64,000 nt of DNA from Chrysomallon squamiferum (taxonomy: Eukaryota; Animalia; Mollusca), in the NCBI GenBank assembly GCA_012295275.1, contig CM022678.1:15562001-15626000 (forward strand), in the 5' to 3' direction. Position 1 is the first letter of the stretch. The number at the start of each line of letters is the position of its first letter. The notes beneath the pieces are model-generated. The model was not told the DNA's origin. It saw only the letters and a list, made by a program, of their open reading frames with translations, and did not search any database. Positions 34,792 to 48,272 of the stretch are shown piece by piece. Both the position numbers and the translations under genes were made by a program.

Positions 34792-36649
34792 TTTCTAGCC
34801 CACCTCCTGACATCACTTGGTTTAACCCATTCAATGACAAAATAACCTTTCCTCATAGTAAGTATTCACTGGAAGGGGATACAAAAACACATAAACTGGA
34901 GATTCTTGATCTTGTGGAGGAAGATGAAGGCACCTATAAATGTACTGGCAGTAACAGTCTGGGATCAGCCAGTGCAGATATCTTTCTCAATATCACCTGT
35001 AAGTATTATTTAACTTTAATTTAGATTTACTTAATATAGTTGGCGAGAGGACGGCATTCATTTGACACATTCTTGTCACTTGTAGTCTCTGTTTAAACAG
35101 CATATGCTGTACAGTATAGTATTCTTTAGAATGGTTTTGATTAGTAGGCATAATTGACAACCAAGAACCAATATTTCAGAAGATTTCTTTGTAAAACATT
35201 TAAATGTTGAATACACTTTGACGTGACCTATTAAGTAGTAAGCTTAATTGGTCATAATATATCTGAAGATTGTGGATTATACGTTAATCAGTTTCTAAGT
35301 ATACGTTGCTGATACTAATAGTTTTCGTTACTTTGAAGCACTGAAGCTGTGTTAAACAAAAGAACACGTTGCTGGTGTCAGTTTATTAAACGTAGTCTGA
35401 CCGCTGTCCCAGTGTTAATTAATAAACAGCAGTGGATTAGAGTTAATTAGTAAAGTTAGGTGGGTGACTTCTATTTCAGCCCCGCCTATAGTGGTGGAAG
35501 GACTTCACTCACAGACTGTCACTCAGGGTAAAGACGCTGAGTTCACGTGTGTCACACGTGCAGCATCCGGGGAGACAGAACCTCCCCCTCCGACATGGTA
35601 CAAGAATGCAAGAGATTGGTCAAATGTTGGTAAGTGTCTTGAGACATTACTGTACGTATCATTTGTCTCAAAACACACTTTACTTATAATAAACAACAAA
35701 CAACGTGGACAAAAAGGCTTACGTGACAGTTTTGGATATGTATAATAATATAACAGAAACAATAAATTAATATATATATATATTGTCTGTCCCGTGAGTA
35801 TTTTTATTAATTTTTTTTTAATTTTTTTATCATGTATCCATTTTTGTCTAATCCCGTAAGAAAATCATTATTAATCATGTAATATCTTCCTCTTTTTTTT
35901 TTCAATACGAAATCACAATCTGGCTTGCTTTATACCATTCAGAACAAAAATCTTCATTATATATTCCAAGGATCAGCTCAGAGAGGGTCAAAAAGGGTTA
36001 AAACTTAATTTATAAATATGAATAATCTATGAATTTAGAAAAATAAACTAACTTGACGGGATTTTTTGGTGAGTGTTTAATAAATTAGTTTGAGGTTTTT
36101 TTTTTTAAATTTTTTGTTTGTTTGTTTGCTTGCTTTTTTCTATTTAGATCCTGAAAAGTATATTTTCTCAGACAACAAACGTAGACTGACAGTGAAAAAT
36201 GTAAACAAATTGGAAGATATTTCCTGTTTCCAGTGTCGTGTAGAAAATGATGTTGGTAGTATATTTGGAGATGGATGTCTCAATGTGATCTGTAAGTTTT
36301 ATTATTGTTTTATTATTTATACGTTCATTATTTTTTTAATTAATTGGTATAATCAGTTAACAAATGTAAGCTATAAACAAAAGAAAATTTTCAGTGATTA
36401 CAGCTCATATAGAACCTTTTCCATTTTATTATATATGTTTTCAAGTAACTTGTAACAAAATTTGATATATTCTAAATCTTTCTGTGTAATATGTAAACAA
36501 CAAAACGAATGAAATAACATTAAATGATAATAAAAGGTAATGCATTTTTAAAAATATTATTTATGTCAAACAAGTATTATAAGAAATTGTTTCGAAAAAT
36601 CAAATTGGCAAATACAGCTGTCAGCGGATTTTAATTAATAGTCTATAAT

Positions 36650-36683
<34 letters not shown>

Positions 36684-37416
36684 TGTGTACTATTTTTTCT
36701 AGTGCCAATCAAAATTATAGAACGTCCGCCTAAGGTTCAAGAAATAACAAAAGGAGACATTGTTAATTTGACTGTAATCGCTATCATTGATGAAGATCTG
36801 AATTTAAAATATGTATGGCTTTTCAATGGCGGATTAGAGCGCGACATTGGTTCCAGACACATCGTATACAATCCAGTTACACACGAAGCATACATCAACA
36901 CATCGATGCTGACAGACGACGAGTATAACACTATAAATGGAACATACATCAGAAAAGTGTTCCATGTCTATGATGCTGTCGAGGTCAGCACAGTGGTTGT
37001 TCTGAAAGAGACACCGGGTTAGTTATTGTACTTACGAAATAGTCCAGCGTCGTTATTTTGTATAGTACACTTTATTCTTTATTGTGTTACTTTACTACTT
37101 TACTCACGGTTAACACTGAAAAATAATGCCTGATAACCTGCTCGAAGAATTCCCTGCTAAGAAGGAATAAAAATCCAGATACAAATAACTTACTGTTGAA
37201 AATAATCACGTTCTGACTATTTTCGAAGCCAATGTCTAAGTCGTATGTTAATTTAATATTGTTTTTCTATTGCCAAATAGAACTAATAAGTAGGATGGAG
37301 TCACTGTTTGTGTAAATCACTAGTTGACGTTATTGCAACAGAAGTGTGAAAGTGATACTACACAGATAATGCCTGTGAATGAGATGACTGTGAAAAAATA
37401 CGGCATAAACAGATGG

Positions 37417-37471
<55 letters not shown>

Positions 37472-39113
37472 GATAGACGCTGCTTCTATAAAGAATACAA
37501 ATAAATAACAATAAGACTAAGCAATACAATTGATATCTCGATTACATAGCTGTATAAAGATCCTAGAAACATGATCAGATATTAAACCAGTTTCCTCTTC
37601 AGAAATAACTATATATTTCATAACAGTTTGTTGTTACAGATTGCAAAGTTTTTAGAGAACCGTAGCTGATGTTGTATTTTGTTTGTGACAGTTACACAAC
37701 CCGTTATTGCTGGTGAAACTAGTCGATGGTGGATAACTCTTATCATTGCATTCGTGGTCATCTTCGTTATTGTTATCATCATCGCCATCACCGGTATTTT
37801 CTGCTCTCGCAAACAACAGGAAGGTGTCTACCCATGTGAGTCAGTGGTATTTATTGTTTCGCAGTTACTAAAATCGTCAGTTTCTGAGTTGCTAATTTAA
37901 CAACACAGAAGAAAGGTGATGTTTTTTCTTTGTTAACGTGTTCGTTAGGAAACAGTATTCGTACGTTTCAACAGTCTCAACTGAAGTAATGTAAAAGACT
38001 ATGTGATAGTGACAGTAACGTAAAAGACTATATACCTGTGACAGTAACGTAACATGCTTTATAAATAGTGCCAGAAACGTAACAGACTGTACAACAGTGA
38101 CTGTAACGTAATAGACTATAATAGTGACAGTAACATAACAGACTATTATAATAGATTTATAATACTAACAACAGTAATATGATGGACTATATAATAAGCT
38201 ATATGATAGTGACAGTACCATGACAGACTATCTAATAATAACAGGAACGTAACAGACTATATCATAGTGACCAGTAACGTAAAATATTTGTAACAGCAGT
38301 GACTATAACGTAACAGTCTATATAATAGTGACCACTAATGAAAAATATTTATAATAACAGTGACAGTAACGTAACAGACTATATAACAGTGACAGTAACG
38401 TAACAGACTATATAACAGTGACAGTAACGTAACAGACTATATAACAGTGACAGTAACGTAACAGACTATATAACAGTGACAGTAACGTAACAGACTATAT
38501 AACAGTGACAGTAACGTAACAGACTATATAACAGTGACCAGTAATGTAAACGATTTATAATAACGGTAAACAGTAATATCAACGAGAGTGATCTAAGAAC
38601 GTTCATAATAGTGATTCAGTGACACCTACGACAACACCAGTAACTGAAACATTCAACCACTGTGTTTCTGACTCAGACAAGGCAGCCTGATGGCAACTTA
38701 ATTATATGATGCTTGTGAAATAAAACACATTGGTTCTTATAAAACACATAGGCTAATAAAGGCTAAGTCAAAACGTAAAAAAACATTTAAAATAAACAAA
38801 CAGGAACTGTAACCGTCTTTTGTTTCTTTGAGGTAAAAATGTAACAGACACACACACATCACATTCGCATGAAGCGTGTAGTCACACAGCACTCACACAC
38901 AAACACGTGCCAAACATAAACTGTTCGCAACTTTTTGTCAGGCAAAACCATGAGGAAACCGTTTGACAAAATAAAATATCAATACCGACTTTAATCATTT
39001 TATTATTATTTTTGTTACAGTGGACAGAAAAGAGAGAGCTGCTAATCTTGATCCAGAGAAAGACTTGGCTGACAGTGGATTCCATGATCTTTCACGAAGG
39101 TAAGCTATAAACA

Positions 39114-39149
<36 letters not shown>

Positions 39150-39161
39150 TCTGTCTTTCTT

Positions 39162-39196
<35 letters not shown>

Positions 39197-39249
39197 GTCT
39201 TTCTTTCTGTCTGTCTGTCTATCTATCTGTCTGTCTGTCTGTCTATCTA

Positions 39250-39284
<35 letters not shown>

Positions 39285-39342
39285 GTCTGTTTGTATATGT
39301 TAGCCTATAGTTCTATTTATTATTATTATTACCAATGTTGTT

Positions 39343-39375
<33 letters not shown>

Positions 39376-39820
39376 CTTCTTCTTCTTCTTCTTATTATTA
39401 TTATCATTAATAGTACTACTACTACTACTACTACTATTTTTAGTGATTTACTACTACTGCTGTTGCTGTTTTGTTATTATTATTGTTGTTGTTGTTGTTG
39501 CTGTTGTTACTTCAACCTGTATGAAGAAACGTAATAAACATAACAAAAAGTAAAGCATTATTTTAAAATAGCTAACTATATTTTTTTTGATTACATTCGA
39601 CAGTGACTGGGACCAAAACATTGATCTTCCATTCGTTCCGATTACTGATTCTTCTACAGACGATGTTAGCAATTCCACAGGGAGTACTGGCGATATTGAC
39701 CCGCGTCACTTCAACGAGGACGGGTCATTCATTGGTCAGTACGTCCCATACACACTCCCCCCACCTGCGCCTTGTCACCAGAAAGAAGCTGAAGGCCAGA
39801 TTTGGTACTTAAATGTGTGA
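30653..39820 (+). CDS. L1/neuroglian-family Ig-superfamily type I membrane protein, paralog A (signal peptide, 5 Ig-like, TM, FIGQY tail, no FnIII)
   Basis: Phase-consistent GT-AG exons 30653-30722, 31069-31189, 31582-31775, 32705-32887, 33507-33635, 34373-34475, 34799-34998, 35480-35629, 36148-36291, 36703-37017, 37692-37835 (TM), 39021-39099, 39604-39820. Motifs [63 protein letters not shown]. Confidence 0.88.
31760..32345 (+). repeat. Degenerate ~42-bp repeat copying the donor site of paralog A exon 3
   Basis: Recurrent ataaagttaattntttcaa|gtaataactgttta..cgccac units; the first unit begins inside the exon end. Confidence 0.65.
37970..38580. repeat. 29-bp minisatellite (gtgacagtaacgtaacagactatataaca)n
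   Basis: About 6 perfect copies at 38358-38540 with degenerate copies on both sides. Confidence 0.92.
39113..39292. repeat. (TCTG)n/(TCTA)n compound microsatellite
   Basis: Direct inspection. Confidence 0.92.
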
Positions 39821-39960
39821 GACGTTTTAGAGTAATAATTACAGACTTTAGTGTCTTTGTGGTTACTTGTAGAACTCTGTCGCAGCGAAATTATTTATTT
39901 ATTACTATTGTTATTATTGTTATTATTATTATTATTGTTATTATTATTATATTATTATTA

Positions 39961-40016
<56 letters not shown>

Positions 40017-40264
40017 GCCATTATTACTTTTATTAGTTACTAAATTCACTGCGTGTCATTATCATCATCATCCTAATCATTATCATTTTTTTCTATATTA
40101 ACATTATTTAATATCACAGTACCGGACAGTAATTTTCAGTGTCATTGGCTGACTTTATTTCGTGTTTGATGAAGATGATACAAAATGTTAATATTTATAA
40201 ACTGTTATTAAATGGATGGTGACATTTGAGAAGTCATATTTATATTTAATATCAGTCTTTAATA

Positions 40265-40295
<31 letters not shown>

Positions 40296-40856
40296 TATTA
40301 CTGCTGTTATTACTTGTTTTGTTTTTTCTTTCATTAATTCCTTCTTATATCCAAGCTATTTTAAGAAATGTTTTTTTTTTTTTTATGTTATTATATTATT
40401 TTTTTAATGTTTATTAGATTTTTGTAAACCTATATTGCTAAAACTCATAAAAGCTGTTATATATGCATATACGTATATAGATATATAGCTATAGAGATGT
40501 ATTATAGAGAGATAGCTAGATAGTGGCATAGACATAATAATACCTGCATATACACATATAGTTTTCAGTTTATGTGTTTCTGTTCATTATTTTGTTTGTA
40601 CGACAGGACCATCCATAAAATTGTTAAACATGTGACAGGTTATATTTGTAAATAGTTGTTTCTTTTGACAAAGTGTTTTCACATTAAATTCCAGTGACAT
40701 GAGTGTGCTTTTTTATATGAGAATTAAAATTTCATTTCATTTGTATATTTCTACGATCACTACATTCCAGTATTATATGAGACGAATAAACGCTAAATGT
40801 ATAATTTGTTATTACGTTTTATTATTGTCATTAATTTTCTTGTTTTGTATATGATA

Positions 40857-40981
<125 letters not shown>

Positions 40982-42055
40982 TATTCAGCAAATTGTTTAC
41001 TGAATGAATGAACATAAAAACAATGCTGATCAATTTCAGACCTAACTAAAAGGAGACTATGTGTGCGGGCGTTTGTATATTCGTCGGAATATATTTATTT
41101 ATCATATTCACAGTAATACTTCGGTTTGACGATGGGTTTGGTTCCAAATGTTAAGTGAGATATCATTAAGCGGGAGACTAATTTACATGTATTGCTTTAG
41201 CATATATGACAGTTTTAGTTATGTATAGACTTGTAGATCGCAAGAAGCGAGTTTTTTAAAATTTCATTCAAACATTTTTCTTTATCTTTAAACTCGTCAT
41301 TACAGTTGACTGAAACAAACAAAATTTTGCAGCCAAGTCTTTAATGGATTTACCAGTTTTGTGTTAACTTAAGATTTAGAATTTCCGTTTCTTTGTGTCA
41401 TCAGCATTCGCCAGTGTACTGTTATTCGTTTTGACATACTGGAAGGGAAAATTACAAAAGCGTTAAGTCTAAATGAAAGCAGAAGAGAAGAGAGAATCTG
41501 ATCACCACAACGTGCACGTATGCTGTCTGCATGTCAGCTGATCAACATGAGGAAAGCTTTAGCGCGTGACTGAACGAAAACAAACGAAAACAAACGAAAG
41601 ACGAATGAAAAATGAACGGACTTAAACAATGCATTGTACCCATATGTACCATTCGTCTATTAAATTTCTATTTGTATAATTTGTCAAATGTTTTTGTAAA
41701 AAGCGAGAGATCGTTAAGGGAGGTATCACTGTACATATATCTTTACAGTTACGTTAAAAGGTAAGTCAGTTTAAATTCATTTCAAATAACCATCATTAGT
41801 CGTAAATTAATCTTTGATGAACGATTCAGTGGTTTTTTTTATATGTCAGTGTGTATGCGATTGTACGTATATATGTGTGTATGTATGTGTGTATATCTAT
41901 ATCTATATATATCTATATATATATATATACACACAAACACACATATACACACATGCCTCCACACTTTAAATTGGCGGAATACTAATATAATGTACTTACT
42001 ACTATTAGAATTAGTATAATAATAATAACTTATTTCTGATGTCATATCTACAGTC

Positions 42056-42102
<47 letters not shown>

Positions 42103-43386
42103 TGCATCAAACTTACCATAGATACGTTATTCATTTACTTTGTAAATGTATAAAAGTTTGATGTTTTAAAATTAAGAACAGACATTGTTATAACTAACTA
42201 AATATTTTATTGAAACACAGTATATTATTTAAAAGAAAAAATTTATAAATACTTTAAAATGTAGCTACTTTTGAACTAAATAGCTTACCAAATATTTCCG
42301 TGGATTTTTAAAATCAGCTTATAGTAAATCCATAAATAGTGAACAGTACAACAGTTTAAGTAAAACAATAACTAAATAATAATTATTGTTCAGATAAAGC
42401 ATGGTTACCAAGGTAACGTAATATTAACGCAGAACGTCGCAGCTTTTTGTTGTTCGTTTTTGTCACGTGATATGAGAAAAGGTTTATTGTTTTGTAAAAT
42501 TATATCACCGCAATTTAGTTTTCTGAGAACGTGACGTGTACAGTTTATTATAAAATATCCGAATGTTTTATTTTATTGTAGTGACATTTTCAAATTATAA
42601 CTCTGAATTTGAGTATGATTAATATTATAATATTTACATTGTATTAGTGTCATTTTACTCAATTTCTATTTTTATTATTATTTTTGTATTACTATTACTT
42701 TGTTTTAGTTTTCTCTGTTATACTTGTCAGTTATTTCCTTATTTGCACCTGTCTGTCGGTGTATGCGTAACAAACCCGCTCCTCTTTTCAAGCAGTAAAT
42801 GTTAGTCACTCGAGGCTCGTACTTCGTGCGCGTTGTTTAACCTCTAGATAACAAACGGTGTCATGATAAAGGGTATTTCATTACACTGACTTAAATCACC
42901 TGTAACGAGGTGACTCCTCACACAAAAGAATAAATCAACAGCGCAACTACAAAACTGTTCAAGTGTTATTTTATAGCGTAGAAATGAGTGTATTTGTAAA
43001 GGCCCGTTAAAGGAACAGATTATATTTGAGGATTTTAATAGTTGTGGATTGTGGTTTCATTTTCTTTATATTTCTTTGGTTTTATTTTATTTGCGTTTTT
43101 TTTTTCTGCGAAATAACTTTAAGCAAGATTGGGAAATTCTGATTGCTCGGTTTGATCTTACACATTAACAGGACATTTTAGGAGATTGTGTCTTAGTGTA
43201 TGTATTTCCTGTTTGTGATTCAACAGGAAAATGTCTCATTCGTACTAGACAATCAAAGTCATTAGTCATTAGTCATTATAAATCAGTTCTTAATCAGAAC
43301 TGTTGGATTTATACAGTTGTATTACTTGGAAACGTTTAGCTGACGGACGATCAGGGGAGATAATTACAGAGGAGAAAACTATAACG

Positions 43387-45731
43387 ATGTATGGAAAACT
43401 AATAGCTTGTTTCGCTTATTTTTCTCTGGTGTCTTCAGAATGGCAAAAAGGTAAAACTATTTTTAATTATAGAAATTTGAATAGACATATATTTACACAT
43501 GTTTCTTATATTCTTAGGAAGTAAGAAAATATTTCTTTTATATATATGTGTGTTTGTGTGTGTATTTATGTATATGTATGTGTGTCTGTGTGTGTGTATA
43601 TATATATATATGTAAGAGTTGTTTTATATATATATATTTGTGTGTGTATATGTTTGTGTGTGTGTATGTATGTGTGTGTACATATCTGTGTGTATGTGAA
43701 ACAACAATTTATTTATTATTTTTAAAATGGAAGCCTTTTTCAAAATAGTATTTTAATATCCAAGCCAGCAATTAAACACTGAAGAAGTAACTGTGAATAG
43801 TATATCCGTGTGTGTGTGTGTGTATGTGTATATATATCCGTGTGTGTGTGTGTGTGTATATATCCGTGTGTGTGTGTATGTATGTGTATATATATCCGTG
43901 TGTGTGTGTGTGTATGTGTATATATATCCGTGTGTGTGTGTGTGTTTCTGAGTGTGTGTGTGTATGTATGTGTATATATATCCGTGTGTGTGTGTGTTTC
44001 TGAGTGTGTGTGTGTATGTATGTGTATATATATCCGTGTGTGTGTGTGTTTCTGAGTGTGTGTGTGTATGTATGTGTATATATATATCCGTGTGTGTGTG
44101 TGTTTCTGAGTGTGTGTGTGTATGTATGTGTATATATATCCGTGTGTGTGTGTGTGTATATATATCCGTGTGTGATGATGTGTATATATATCCGTGTCTG
44201 TTTGTGTGTAAGTGACTGTGTGTGTGTGTATGTATGTGTATATATATCCGTGTGTGTGTGTGTTTCTGTGTGTGTGTGTATGTATGTGTATATATATCCT
44301 TGTGTGTGTATGTGTATATATATCTGTGTGTGTGTATGTATGTGTATATATATCCGTGTGTGTGTGTGTGAAGTGTGTGTGTGTGTATGTGTATATATAT
44401 TATGTTTCTGAATTGTATATATATCCGTGTGTGTGTGTGTGACAGGAAAATATCATTTTATATATAATATAGTGTGTGTGTGTTTATGGTGTTTATTATT
44501 AAATTAAATATTGCATATGTGTATATATGTGTGTGTGTGTTGTATGTGTATATATATCCGTGTGTGTGTGTGTTTCTGAGTGTGTGTGTGCAGTGTGTGT
44601 GTTATAACATCAAGCAGGATCATTGTTCACACATATGATATAGAAATATGTGAAATTGAGCTGAGAGAGGAAACAGTTAAGTGATAGAGGATGAAATGAT
44701 CGTCTCTGTTATAAGTGTAAGTGACTGTCAGAGGAAGGGCAGTATTACTCAGTGGACATCACTCACACAGTGGTGTATGTTATAAACACTAAATAAATAT
44801 AACCACAGGAGAAGACTGACTGCTATATTATCTAATAATTGATTACGCTGACAGGAAAATATCATTTTGAAATATAGTGTCATGATTATGGTTTTATTAT
44901 TAAATTAAATATTGCATATGTGTATATATATATTATTTTTTTGACACAAATAAAAATGTTACACACACACCACCCAAGCTACATTCTGCACACACACACA
45001 CACATATATATTTGAAATATACACTGATTTATTACCCAAAAACCAGAAACATTATGCGTTATGACACACACACACACACACACTCACCATGAACATATAC
45101 GTAACACAAACACAAACTCAAAGAAAGAAACTTATTTATCATCAACTTTATGTTGTTAAATTAATGTTTGTTTTTCTTCACCTCCAGTTGAACCACCTAA
45201 CATTATTGTGCCTAGCAAAGATGACATTATTTATGTTGACGCAAATAAAAATGTTACAGTACCATGTGAAGCTACAGGCAGCCTTACACCTAAGTGAGTT
45301 TTGATATATACGTATTTATTACGTTCATACTTCATGCAGATCATTATTATACGTTATGAGTTTTGATATATACGTATTTATTACGTTCATACTTCATGCA
45401 GATCATTATTATACGTTATGAGTTTTTATATATACGTATTTATTACGTTTATACTTCATGCAGATCGTTATTATACGTTTTTATTACGTTTATACTTCAT
45501 GCAGATCATTATTATACGTTTTTATTACGTTTATACTTCATGAAGAACATTATTCTAAAGTTGTGGAACCATTTGTGAACATCTCTCTATCTAACTATCT
45601 CTTTATCATTCCACCATTACTGTATTTAAAAACTGTTTTTCATTTACTCTTTATTTAATTAGATTTAGATTTATTTTTATTTATTTCTGCCTTAATCTAT
45701 AATGCAATTATAGAAAAAATTATGATAACAG

Positions 45732-45773
<42 letters not shown>

Positions 45774-46705
45774 AGTCAGTATAGAAAAACTAAATAATAT
45801 ATAAGTCATACACACAAAATATAAGTTTATACACACTAACTAAATGATATATAGGTCAATCCACATAAATAAATAATATATCTATTTCAATCAATTTGAT
45901 ACAGGTTCTCTTGGCTATGGAATAATGAAACAATTCGACCAGGAGGCAGTTTTATTAAATACTCGGAGAAAATAGGACAGCTGTTCATTCCTAGTTTCAC
46001 TTCAAGAGAAAGTGGAGACTATGTCTGTATTGCTTGGAGTGTTATAAATGGGAGGACAGTTAGGACAGTGTCACCTACTACAAAACTAATTCGTATGAGT
46101 AAGTTATTGCATTATATTTTAAAATTTCTCTTTAATATCTCAAGTAGCATTGTATCACTGTCATTATTAGTGTCATTATTATTATTATTATTATCATTAT
46201 TATTATTACTATTACTATTATTACTACTACTATTATTATTACTATTATTACTATTATTATTATTACTATTATTACTATCACTATTATTATTATTATTATT
46301 ACTGCTACTGCTGCTACAGCTGTTACTAGCATTATTATTTTTATTACTACTACTACTACTATTATTATTATTTTGGTTGTTGTTATTATTATTATGCTAC
46401 TATTATTCTTATTACTACTACTACTACTGCTACTACTAGTACTATTATCACTGTTATTATTATAAGTATGCTACTACTATTACTATATTATTATTTTTAA
46501 TACTACTATGAGTATATTACTATTATTATTATTGTATACATGTATACTTATTATTTCTACTACTACTGCTACCACTACAGTTATTATTTTTGTTGTTGTT
46601 GTTGTTGTCATTTACTATGCTACTATTATACCTGTTACTACTACTACTAAATACTACTATTATTACTGTTGTTGGTATTATTACTACTACTACTATTATT
46701 CTTAT

Positions 46706-46743
<38 letters not shown>

Positions 46744-46777
46744 TACTACTATTACTGCTACTACTACTACTACTATG

Positions 46778-46811
<34 letters not shown>

Positions 46812-47025
46812 TCTATGCTTCAGGACTCTCTGGTTTTGTTAATAAAAGTGAAACTTCTGAGACTGGACGAGAAGGCCATCCTCTTTCTGTGACGTGTGAC
46901 AACCCACCCAAGAGTCAACCTCCCGGTCAGTTTCAGTGGTACTACACCAAGAGAAGCACTGAAATACAACACCACAGCAGAATGTTCATTGACGCTGAAG
47001 GTAATAATAATAATAGTAATAATAA

Positions 47026-47056
<31 letters not shown>

Positions 47057-47189
47057 AATTATTATTATTATTATTATTATACAATTGTTTTGGTTACCAT
47101 AAATAATAATTGTATTAGGATATGAAGACAGAGTGAAACTGGATTTTTAAAAAATATTATTATCATCGTCATCATCATCATCATCATCA

Positions 47190-47239
<50 letters not shown>

Positions 47240-48241
47240 GTTATCATCATTATTATTATTATTTTCTTTCACACAATTAAAGTGAATAATAAATCACATA
47301 TTAATAACAAAGACAATTAGCTGCATTTTGTGATACACAGTCAGATCTAGTTATATTTTTATTACCATTAAATTTTATGTTTTTATCAGTTTCATTTCGT
47401 TACTAGAAATATCAACTATAAACAGAACTGCTATTATTACTTTATGTCTATTGCTGTTGTTATTATTATGACTATTATTATAATTATTATTATTATTGTT
47501 ATCATTATTATCTTCTTCTTCTTTTATGGTTTCTTGGCTTCTTACTATTATTTTATTTACTTAATAAAATTATTTATATATTATTATTGTTATTATTACA
47601 ACTGGTATTATTACTTTGTGTCTATTGCTGTTGTTATTATTATGACTATTATTATAATAATAATAATAATTATTATTATTATTATATTTACATAATAATT
47701 TTTGTATATTTTGTAAATTATTATTATTTAGTTATTTAATTAATATTTTATTTATACTTAAATATTTCTGTTACAGATTTTGATTAGGCTAGATTAAGTT
47801 TAAGTTTTACTATAAATCTGCAGGTACTTTACACTTTGCCTACATGAAGAAAGAAGATGAAGCTGACAGTCCTTACAAATGTGCAGTGGCAAGTGGCAGA
47901 CAAAATTTAATTGTTGTTAGCGGTGACAAAACGATCAAAGTGGAATCAACTGGTAAGTACACAAAACACAAGTTCAGTATTTTTGTTCAAAGTGATGCAG
48001 AGAGTACATAAATGTTGTCTCTCTAGCTTCACAGACATCACTGAAATGTATTGATGCAGAAGGAATGTTGTTGTTTTATCACTAGATTTTAATAGTGTGA
48101 TATCATTAAATGTGCTTCATCCACAATTTAAAAGAAATTTAAGAATATTTAAATCAGATTCACAGTATCAACTGAAATGTGAAGATACTTACCAACATCT
48201 GACCAATATTTTGCTTTTCTGTATGGAGTTGGAGGTTCTGT

Positions 48242-48272
<31 letters not shown>

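Noticed and set aside
37970-38580. Regular 29-bp repeat superficially like a CRISPR array
   Set aside because: Units are contiguous without unique spacers, there are no cas genes, and it lies in a eukaryotic intron.
46068-46800. Long poly-L/Y/T/I ORFs (also 28835-29179, 39335-39553, 39802-40101, 61847-62313)
   Set aside because: Trinucleotide microsatellite runs; only the parts overlapping defined exons are coding.
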